Assembly (NCBI GenBank): GCA_002269645.1
Contig: NIVC01000644.1
Location: 135,996 to 199,995, forward strand
Source: Macrostomum lignano
Taxonomy: Eukaryota
Reading direction: 5' to 3'
DNA length: 64,000 nt
This document shows, piece by piece, positions 50,220-60,428 of the stretch (its first letter is position 1; each line of letters begins with the position of its first letter). Both the position numbers and the translations under genes were made by a program. The notes beneath the pieces were generated by a model. It was not told the origin of the DNA, ran no database searches, and saw only the letters and a list, made by a program, of their open reading frames with translations.

Positions 50220-53200
50220 TTAAGGCTGATGCTTGCCCTGCGGCTTTCCTTTGCTGGGTCCCTTCAGATGCTGCTTTTTGGCAGCTCTCCCGCCGGACTT
50301 TTTCTCGCCATTTCCGCCGGCCTTGTGTACTTGAACTTTTTTCTTCTTATTAGATTCGTTTCTCTCGGAGCCGCCTACAATCATCCTCTTCTTGTTCTTC
50401 TCTGAAACAGTCAAACTTGTTGATGAATTGCATGCTAGTGTGTCAGAAATGTCGCCATTGTGAGTCATGGCGCTGATACTCACTTCTAAACTGAGGCGGC
50501 AGGGAGCTCTCGGAGCCGCCTACAATCATCCTCTTCTTGTTCTTCTCTGAAACAGTCAAACTTGTTGATGAATTGCATGCTAAAGTGTGTCAGAAATGTC
50601 GCCATTGTGAGTCATGGCGCTGATACTCACTTCTAAACTGAGGCGGTAGGGAGCTCTCGGAGCCGCCTACAATCATCCTCTTCTTGTTCTTCTCTGAAAC
50701 AGTCAAACTTGTTGATGAATTGCATGCTAAAGTGTGTCAGAAATGTCGCCATTGTGAGTCATGGCGCTGATACTCACTTCTGAACTGAGGCGGTAGGGAG
50801 CTCTCGGAGCCGCCTACAATCATCCTCTTCTTGTTCTTCTCTGAAACAGTCAAACTTGTTGATGAATTGCATGCTAGTGTGTCAGAAATGTCGCCATTGT
50901 GAGTCATGGCGCTGATACTCACTTCTAAACTGAGGCGGCAGGGAGCTCTCGGAGCCGCCTACAATCATCCTCTTCTTGTTCTTCTCTGAAACAGTCAAAC
51001 TTGTTGATGAATTGCATGCTAGTGTGTCAGAAATGTCGCCATTGTGAGTCATGGCGCTGATACTCACTTCTAAACTGAGGCGGCAGGGAGCTCTCGGAGC
51101 CGCCTACAATCATCCTCTTCTTGTTCTTCTCTGAAACAGTCAAACTTGTTGATGAATTGCATGCTATTGTGTCAGAAATGTCGCCATTGTGAGTCATGGC
51201 GCTGATACTCACTTCTAAACTGAGGCGGCAGGGAGCTCTCGGAGCCGCCTACAATCATCCTCTTCTTGTTCTTCTCTGAAACAGTCAAACTTGTTGATGA
51301 ATTGCATGCTAAAGTGTGTCAGAAATGTCGCCATTGTGAGTCATGGCGCTGATACTCACTTCTAAACTGAGGCGGCAGGGAGCTCTCGGAGCCGCCTACA
51401 ATCATCCTCTTCTTGTTCTTCTCTGAAACAGTCAAACTTGTTGATGAATTGCATGCTAGTGTGTCAGAAATGTCGCCATTGTGAGTCATGGCGCTGATAC
51501 TCACTTCTAAACTGAGGCGGCAGGGAGCTCTCGGAGCCGCCTACAATCATCCTCTTCTTGTTCTTCTCTGAAACAGTCAAACTTGTTGATGAATTGCATG
51601 CTATTGTGTCAGAAATGTCGCCATTGTGAGTCATGGCGCTGATACTCACTTCTAAACTGAGGCGGCAGGGAGCTCTCGGAGCCGCCTACAATCATCCTCT
51701 TCTTGTTCTTCTCTGAAACAGTCAAACTTGTTGATGAATTGCATGCTAAAGTGTGTCAGAAATGTCGCCATTGTGAGTCATGGCGCTGATACTCACTTCT
51801 AAACTGAGGCGGTAGGGAGCTCTCGGAGCCGCCTACAATCATCCTCTTCTTGTTCTTCTCTGAAACAGTCAAACTTGTTGATGAATTGCATGCTAGTGTG
51901 TCAGAAATGTCGCCATTGTGAGTCATGGCGCTGATACTCACTTCTAAACTGAGGCGGCAGGGAGCTCTCGGAGCCGCCTACAATCATCCTCTTCTTGTTC
52001 TTCTCTGAAACAGTCAAACTTGTTGATGAATTGCATGCTAGTGTGTCAGAAATGTCGCCATTGTGAGTCATGGCGCTGATACTCACTTCTAAACTGAGGC
52101 GGCAGGGAGCTCTCGGAGCCGCCTACAATCATCCTCTTCTTGTTCTTCTCTGAAACAGTCAAACTTGTTGATGAATTGCATGCTAGTGTGTCAGAAATGT
52201 CGCCATTGTGAGTCATGGCGCTGATACTCACTTCTAAACTGAGGCGGCAGGGAGCTCTCGGAGCCGCCTACAATCATCCTCTTCTTGTTCTTCTCTGAAA
52301 CAGTCAAACTTGTTGATGAATTGCATGCTAAAGTGTGTCAGAAATGTCGCCATTGTGAGTCATGGCGCTGATACTCACTTCTAAACTGAGGCGGTAGGGA
52401 GCTCTCGGAGCCGCCTACAATCATCCTCTTCTTGTTCTTCTCTGAAACAGTCAAACTTGTTGATGAATTGCATGCTAGTGTGTCAGAAATGTCGCCATTG
52501 TGAGTCATGGCGCTGATACTCACTTCTAAACTGAGGCGGCAGGGAGCTCTCGGAGCCGCCTACAATCATCCTCTTCTTGTTCTTCTCTGAAACAGTCAAA
52601 CTTGTTGATCAATTTCATGCTAAAGTGTGTCAGAAATGTCGCCATTGTGAGTCATGGCGCTGATACTCACTTCTAAACTGAGGCGGTAGGGAGCTCTCGG
52701 AGCCGCCTACAATCATCCTCTTGTTCTTCTCTGAAACAGTCAAACTTCTTGATCAATTTCATGCTAAAGTGTGTCAGAAATGTCGCCATTGTGAGTCATG
52801 GCGCTGATACTCACTTCTGAACTGAGGCGGCAGGGAGCTCTCGGAGCCGCCTACAATCATCCTCTTCTTGTTCTTCTCTGAAACAGTCAAACTTCTTGAT
52901 AAATTTCATGCTAAAGTGTGTCAGAAATGTCGCCATTGTGAGTCGTGGCGCTGATACTCACTTCTAAACTGAGGCGGCAGGGAGCTCTCGGAGCCGCCTA
53001 CAATCATCCTCTTCTTGTTCTTCTCTGAAACAGTCAAACTTCTTGATCAATTTCATGCTAAAGTGTGTCAGAAATGTCGCCATTGTGAGTCATGGCGCTG
53101 ATACTCACTTCTAAACTGAGGCGGTAGGGAGCTCTCGGAGCCGCCTACAATCATCCTTTCTTGTTCTTCTCTGAAACAGTCAAACTTCTTGATCAATTTC

Positions 53201-56200
53201 ATGCTAAAGTGTGTCAGAAATGTCGCCATTGTGAGTCATGGCTGATACTCACTTCTGAACTGAGGCGGTAGGGAGCTCTCGGAGCCGCCTACAATCATCC
53301 TCTTCTTGTTCTTCTCTGAAACAGTCAAACTTCTTGATCAATTTCATGCTAAAGTGTGTCAGAAATGTCGCCATTGTGAGTCATGGCGCTGATACTCACT
53401 TCTGAACTGAGGCGGTAGGGAGCTCTCGGAGCGCCTACAATCATCCTCTTCTTGTTCTTCTCTGAAACAGTCAAACTTCTTGATCAATTTCATGCTAAAG
53501 TGTGTCAGAAATGTCGCCATTGTGAGTCATGGCGCTGATACTCACTTCTAAACTGAGGCGGTAGGGAGCTCTCGGAGCCGCCTACAATCATCCTGTTCTT
53601 GTTCTTCTCTGAAACAGTCAAACTTCTTGATCAATTTCATGCTAAAGTGTGTCAGAAATGTCGCCATTGTGAGTCATGGCGCTGATACTCACTTCTGAAC
53701 TGAGGCGGTAGGGAGCTCTCGGAGCCGCCTACAATCATCCTCTTCTTGTTCTTCTCTGAAACAGTCAAACTTCTTGATCAATTTCATGCTAAAGTGTGTC
53801 AGAAATGTCGCCATTGTGAGTCATGGCGCTGATACTCACTTCTGAACTGAGGCGGTAGGGAGCTCTCGGAGCCGCCTACAATCATCCTCTTCTTGTTCTT
53901 CTCTGAAACAGTCAAACTTCTTGATAAATTTCATGCTAAAGTGTGTCAGAAATGTCGCCATTGTGAGTCATGGCGCTGATACTCACTTCTAAACTGAGGC
54001 GGCAGGGAGCTCTCGGAGCCGCCTACAATCATCCTCTTCTTGTTCTTCTCTGAAACAGTCAAACTTCTTGATCAATTGCATGCTAAAGTGTGTCAGAAAT
54101 GTCGCCATTGTGAGTCATGGCGCTGATACTCACTTCTGAACTGAGGCGGCAGGGAGCTCTCGGAGTCGCCTACAATCATCCTCTTCTTGTTCTTCTCTGA
54201 AACAGTCAAACTTCTTGACAATTGCATGCTAAAGTGTGTCAGAAATGTCGCCATTGTGAGTCGTGGCGCTGATACTCACTTCTAAACTGAGGCGGCAGGG
54301 AGCTCTCGGAGCCGCCTACAATCATCCTTTTCTTATTCTTCTCTGAAACAGTCAAACTTGTTGATCAATTTCATGCTAAAGTGTGTCAGAAATGTCGCCA
54401 TTGTGAGTCATGGCGCTGATACTCACTTCTGAACTGAGGCGGCAGGGAGCTCTCGGAGCCGCCTACAATCATCCTCTTCTTGTTCTTCTCTGAAACAGTC
54501 AAACTTCTTGATCAATTTCATGCTAAAGTGTGTCAGAAATGTCGCCATTGTGAGTCATGGCGCTGATACTCACTTCTGAACTGAGGCGGTAGGGAGCTCT
54601 CGGAGCCGCCTACAATCATCCTCTTCTTGTTCTTCTCTGAAACAGTCAAACTTCTTGATCAATTTCATGCTAAAGTGTGTCAGAAATGTCGCCATTGTGA
54701 GTCATGGCGCTGATACTCACTTCTAAACTGAGGCGGCAGGGAGCTCTCGGAGCCGCCTACAATCATCCTCTTCTTGTTCTTCTCTGAAACAGTCAAACTT
54801 CTTGATCAATTGCATGCTAAAGTGTGTCAGAAATGTCGCCATTGTGAGTCATGGCGCTGATACTCACTTCTGAACTGAGGCGGCAGGGAGCTCTCGGAGT
54901 CGCCTACAATCATCCTCTTCTTGTTCTTCTCTGAAACAGTCAAACTTCTTGAACAATTGCATGCTAAAGTGTGTCAGAAATGTCGCCATTGTGAGTCGTG
55001 GCGCTGATACTCACTTCTGAACTGAGGCGGCAGGGAGCTCTCGGAGCCGCCTACAATCATCCTCTTCTTGTTCTTCTCTGAAACAGTCAAACTTCTTGAT
55101 CAATTTCATGCTAAAGTGTGTCAGAAATGTCGCCATTGTGAGTCATGGCGCTGATACTCACTTCTGAACTGAGGCGGCAGGGAGCTCTCGGAGCCGCCTA
55201 CAATCATCCTCTTCTTGTTCTTCTCTGAAACAGTCAAACTTCTTGAACAATTGCATGCTAAAGTGTGTCAGAAATGTCGCCATTGTGAGTCGTGGCGCTG
55301 ATACTCACTTCTAAACTGAGGCGGCAGGGAGCTCTCGGAGCCGCCTACAATCATCCTCTTCTTGTTCTTCTCTGAAACAGTCAAACTTCTTGATCAATTT
55401 CATGCTAAAGTGTGTCAGAAATGTCGCCATTGTGAGTCATGGCGCTGATACTCACTTCTAAACTGAGGCGGCAGGGAGCTCTCGGAGCCGCCTACAATCA
55501 TCCTCTTCTTGTTCTTCTCTGAAACAGTCAAACTTGTTGATCAATTTCATGCTAAAGTGTGTCAGAAATGTCGCCATTGTGAGTCATGGCGCTGATACTC
55601 ACTTCTAAACTGAGGCGGCAGGGAGCTCTCGGAGCCGCCTACAATCATCCTCTTCTTGTTCTTCTCTGAAACAGTCAAACTTGTTGATCAATTTCATGCT
55701 AAAGTGTGTCAGAAATGTCGCCATTGTGAGTCATGGCGCTGATACTCACTTCTAAACTGAGGCGTTAGGGAGCTCTCGGAGCCGCCTACAATCATCCTCT
55801 TGTTCTTCTCTGAAACAGTCAAACTTCTTGATCAATTTCATGCTAAAGTGTGTCAGAAATGTCGCCATTGTGAGTCATGGCGCTGATACTTACTTCTGAA
55901 CTGAGGCGGCAGGGAGCTCTCGGAGCCGCCTACAATCATCCTCTTCTTGTTCTTCTCTGAAACAGTCAAACTTCTTGATAAATTTCATGCTAAAGTGTGT
56001 CAGAAATGTCGCCATTGTGAGTCGTGCCGCTGATACTCACTTCTAAACTGAGGCGGCAGGGAGCTCTCGGAGCCGCCTACAATCATCCTCTTCTTGTTCT
56101 TCTCTGAAACAGTCAAACTTCTTGATCAATTTCATGCTAAAGTGTGTCAGAAATGTCGCCATGTCCCATTAGATTAGTGGCCTTACATAACCTTTGCGTT

Positions 56201-56783
56201 TTGAATGTAGTTTTGCGCTTTTCTTTCAGCCTATAAATGGCGCTTCGAGCGTGTTGAATGGTTGTTTTTTGTGACATATTTGTTGCATTTACCTTTTAGG
56301 AAGTCTTTTGAGGTTTCATCTCGGCTGGTTTTGAGCTGTTGCAGAACTGAAGCGTTTCAATTATTCCGCTGTTATTAGGACAGAGTACCCAGTTTCATCT
56401 TTAATAGTACGAGCTAAGCAGTGGAAAACCCGTTACTCACTTCGACACTTCCTCCTCCATGCCTCTCGTCACCTTCTTCACCTGTAGAAGGCTCTTCTTC
56501 TTCTTCCTCTTCTTCCTCTTCTGGAAAAAGTTCCTCGTGGTCATCATCAGACTCTGTAATGTTGCGGGTTTCAAAGGAGGTCCTTCGAGTGTACGGTAAT
56601 CAAGTGTTGCTATGCAAGCACAATATTAGTTACTCTGTTTGCTACATAGAGTAGTCAGTCAAGCCAAGCCTGCTTATACTCACCTGATCCTGGAACTGGT
56701 CTGGCTTGGCAGCGAGTGCCAACCAGAAGCAAAACGAGCAGCAACAAGCTGTTCACTGCAGCTGCTCTGCCCTTCAGCGGCAT
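50220..56783 (-). CDS. Predicted secreted multi-copy peptide precursor (about 960 aa) encoded by a tandem exon-intron array
   Basis: Exon 1 56783-56684 (MPLKGRAAAVNSLLLLVLLLVGTRCQARPVPGS, signal-peptide-like); exon 2 56553-56441 (acidic, SDDDHEELFPE10...SVE); exon 3 56335-56293 (LKTSRDETSKDFLK); 39 repeat exons from 56103-56041 down to 50546-50484; terminal exon 50401-50220 (Lys-rich, ends in TAA). All junctions are GT-AG and phase-compatible, except that two repeat exons lack 1 nt. No transcript evidence is available here. Confidence 0.7.
50365..56161. repeat. 145-147-bp tandem array, about 40 units; each unit is one 63-nt exon plus one 82-84-nt intron on the - strand
   Basis: The unit read on the - strand: GTGAGTATCAGC...GTTTGACTGTTTCAG, then AGAAGAACAAGAAGAGGATGATTGTAGGCGGCTCCGAGAGCTCCCTGCCGCCTCAGTTTAGAA, then GTGAGT. 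Confidence 0.97.
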
Positions 56784-56927
56784 TCTCTTGCTTGACCAAA
56801 TAAAAAGAATAGCCTGCGGTTGTTGATTGTTCAGCGACAAAGTGCGAACTTGCACAATATTCTCCACAGCAAGCTTGACAAGCGTGTGTCTGGAAATCGG
56901 AGAAGCTCGCGGACTGGGGCGGCAGTA

Positions 56928-56935
56928 TATTTATA
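56928..56935 (-). promoter_or_regulatory. Candidate TATA box (TATAAATA) of the peptide-precursor gene
   Basis: About 145 nt upstream of the ATG at 56783, with no other ATG seen between them on the - strand. Confidence 0.55.
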
Positions 56936-56943
56936 GCAGTATA

Positions 56944-57045
56944 GTGGACCTGACCCTGGAGCCAATCCCTGTGCTGCCCACTGTGCACTACGACATGCGT
57001 GCCCACCAACTGGCAGGGCCAGACGAGTTGCGCTCGATAATTATT
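56944..57045 (+). pseudogene. SDHA: Duplicated 3' end of SDHA exon 2 plus start of intron 2
   Basis: Aligns to 44915-45030 with several substitutions, a 5-nt deletion in the MGG codons and the donor changed from GC to AC; continues into the same 21-bp satellite. Confidence 0.9.
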
Positions 57046-59235
57046 CGAATAGCCAGTCTCATTAGATTGATAGCCATTCTCATTAGATTGATAGTCATTC
57101 TCATTAGATTGATAGCCAGTCTCATTAGATTGATAGCCAGTCTCATTAGATTGATAGCCAGTCTCATTAGATTGATAGCCAGTCTCATTAGATTGATAGC
57201 CAGTCTCATTAGATTGATAGCCAGTCTCATTAGATTGATAGCCAGTCTCATTAGATTCATAGCCAGTCTCATTAGATTGATAGCCAGTCTCATTAGATTG
57301 ATAGCCAGTCTCAGTCTCATTAGATTGATAGCCAGTCTCATTAGATTGATAGCCAGTCTCATTAGATTGATAGCCAGTCTCATTACATAAGATTGATAGC
57401 CAGTCTCATTAGATAAGATTGATAGCCAGTCTCATTAGATAAGATTGATAGCCAGTCTCATTAGATTGATAGCCAGTCTCATTAGATTGATAGCCAGTCT
57501 CATTAGATAAGATTGATAGCCAGTCTTATTAGATAAGATTGATAGCCAGTCTCATTAGATAAGATTGATAGCCAGTCTCATTAGATTGATAGCCAGTCTC
57601 ATTAGATTGATAGCCAGTCTCATTAGATAAGATTGATAGCCAGTCTTATTAGATAAGATTGATAGCCAGTCTCATTAGATAAGATTGATAGCCAGTCTCA
57701 TTAGATAGGATTGATAGCTAGTCTCATTAGATTGATAGCCAGTCTCATTAGATTGATAGCCAGTCTCATTAGATTGATAGTCAGTCTCATTAGATTGATA
57801 GCCAGTCTCATTAGATTGATAGCCAGTCTCATTAGATTGATAGTCAGTCTCATTAGATTGATAGCCAGTCTCATTAGATTGATAGCCAGTCTCATTAGAT
57901 TGATAGCCAGTCTCATTAGATTCATAGCCAGTCTCATTAGATTGATAGCCAGTCTCATTAGATTGATAGCCAGTCTCATTAGATTGATAGCCAGTCTCAT
58001 TAGATTGATAGCCAGTCTCATTAGATTGATAGCCAGTCTCATGAGATAAGATTGATAGCCAGTCTCATTACATTAGTTTGATAGCCAGTTTCATTAGATA
58101 AGATTGATAGCCAGTCTCATTACATTAGTTTGATAGCCAGTTTCATTAGATAAGATTGATAGCCAGTCTCATTACATTAGTTTGATAGCCAGTCTCATTA
58201 GATTGATAGCCAGTCTCATTAGATTGATAGCCAGTCTCATTAGATTGATAGCCAGTCTCATTAGATTGATAGCCAGTCTCATTAGATTGATAGCCAGTCT
58301 CATTAGATTGATAGCCAGTCTCATTAGATTGATAGCCAGTCTCATTAGATTGATAGCCAGTCTCATTAGATTGATAGCCAGTCTCATTAGATTGATAGCC
58401 AGTCTCATGAGATAAGATTGATAGCCAGTCTCATTACATTAGTTTGATAGCCAGTTTCATTAGATAAGATTGATAGCCAGTCTCATTACATTAGTTTGAT
58501 AGCCAGTCTCATTAGATTGATAGCCAGTCTCATTAGATTGATAGCCAGTCTCATTAGATTGATAGCCAGTCTCATTAGATTGATAGCCAGTCTCATTAGA
58601 TTGATAGCCAGTCTCATTAGATTGATAGCCAGTCTCATTAGATTGATAGCCAGTCTCATTAGATTGATAGCCAGTCTCATTAGATTGATAGCCAGTCTCA
58701 TTAGATTGATAGCCAGTCTCATTAGATTGATAGCCAGTCTCATTAGATTGATAGCCAGTCTCATTAGATTGATAGCCAGTCTCATTAGATTGATAGCCAG
58801 TCTCATTAGATTGATAGCCAGTCTCATTAGATTGATAGCCAGTCTCATTAGATTGATAGCCAGTCTCATTAGATTGGTAGCCAGTCTCATTAGATTGATA
58901 GCCAGTCTCATTAGATTGATAGCCAGTCTCATTAGATTGATAGCCAGTCTCATTAGATTGATAGCCAGTCTCATTAGATTGATAGCCAGTCTCATTAGAT
59001 TGATAGCCAGTCTCATTAGATTGATAGCCAGTCTCATTAGATTGATAGCCAGTCTCATTAGATTGATAGCCAGTCTCATTAGATTGATAGCCAGTCTCAT
59101 TAGATTGATAGCCAGTCTCAGTCTCATTAGATTGATAGCCAGTCTCATTAGATTGATAGCCAGTCTCATTAGATTGATAGCCAGTCTCATTAGATTGATA
59201 GTCAGTCTCATTAGATTCAAAGCCAGTCACATCAG
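57045..59235. repeat. Expanded 21-bp satellite (ATTAGATTGATAGCCAGTCTC), about 2.2 kb, with 26-bp variant blocks
   Basis: Same unit as SDHA intron 2; 5-nt insertion variants cluster at about 57390-57710 and 58040-58490. Confidence 0.97.
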
Positions 59236-59309
59236 ATTACATCACATCGGAAGAAGCAGTCGAGATATGTGGGGGCGTTGCAGACTGCTGAATGTTCTCC
59301 AGTAATTTT

Positions 59310-59880
59310 TGCCAATGCGAAGCACAAACAGACTGGCGGACAGAGGGCAGACGCTATTATTTATTATTTACCCTTCTAGACTCCTTAAGTAGACGCTGAA
59401 ACGTTAAATTTTAAAATTTTCTAACTTCAGTATGTCGTCGCATGGTATAAATTTATCGACAATAATCTTGAGTCGCTTGGCAAATGGCTCGTAGCTGGCT
59501 GTCCAGACAGAATGACCTCGAAGGTTTCATTGTTTTGCATAGTCTGCTGTCTGGGCAATTGAACGCCAACCCTTGCTATACGCTCGTAAAGCAACAATGT
59601 CGGGAAGGCTTGGAGAGAGGAGTAATATGGGAGGAGAGAATTGCCACGTCAACTCCAAACTCTAAAAAAACCAAATTTCAACTACGATGCGCCCTGCGTC
59701 ATTTCCAATGGATGCGTTAATTGATTTCTGCAACGCATTGAATGCGATGAACGCGAAATTGCCTATCAGGTTAGTGTCGAGCAATCCTTTTACAATATCG
59801 CTTTGAGTCAATTCACGATCCGCACTCGAGAGATCTCGAGCCAGCCGATTTCTTTCTTATTTCCTCAGCTGAAGAGCCAT
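59310..59880 (+). mobile_element. Second diverged copy of the mariner-like remnant
   Basis: Shares AGTAGACGCTGAAA, CCAGACAGAATGACCTCGAAGGTTTCATTGTTTTGCAT, GAATTGCCAC and CAGCTGAAGAGCC with 47575-48270; DLEPAD/FFLFPQLK is recoverable with one indel. Confidence 0.5.
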
Positions 59881-60387
59881 ACGAGTGGGGCGAGTTGATG
59901 TCCCTATTTGTGGGGGGAATAAAACGTCTGCACGGGGTGCTATGGGGGTGCTGGCACATTCAATTTAAAAAGCCAACATTCACTTTAGACACCAAGCACA
60001 GGCTCACTCTCCCTCTCCTAACTTTTCCAAAGGTAACTTGAAAAGTGCACACTTAAAAATCTACTTCGCACATTTTATAAGAAAAAGATGGCCGCTTTGG
60101 ACATGTAGAAGATGAAGAGGAGATTATCGAAGAGATTGGAGAAGAAGACGAAGAAGAGCTCGGTGATGTAGAAGAAGGGGTTACCTACGCCGCAAGGCGA
60201 CAAAACGATTGAAGAAGAAGAAGAAGAAGGGGTTGAAGAAGAACAAGACCGACGAGGGCCCTTCATAGGAGAATATTCAACGAGGATCAAGCACGACTTT
60301 CTGGATGCCCACGAGACTCTCTGGCTGTCTGTCTGTCTGTCTGTCTGTCTGTCTTATTCTCTCTTACTCTTGCTCTCTTGTTCTGAA

Positions 60388-60428
<41 letters not shown>

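Noticed and set aside
50737-52523. Repeated 61-aa unspliced ORFs (MSISAMTHNGD...)
   Set aside because: They begin at the GTG of the splice donor and read through intron sequence; the spliced model explains the variant pattern better.
56441-56609. Alternative longer exon 2 using the TAG acceptor at 56612-56610
   Set aside because: It gives a K/R-rich frame ending in phase 2 that I could not join in frame to exon 3 or the repeats; the acceptor at 56556-56554 keeps the whole model open.
60090-60300. Acidic Glu-rich coding-like stretch
   Set aside because: Short, interrupted by a stop and frameshift, and explainable as GAA-rich low complexity.
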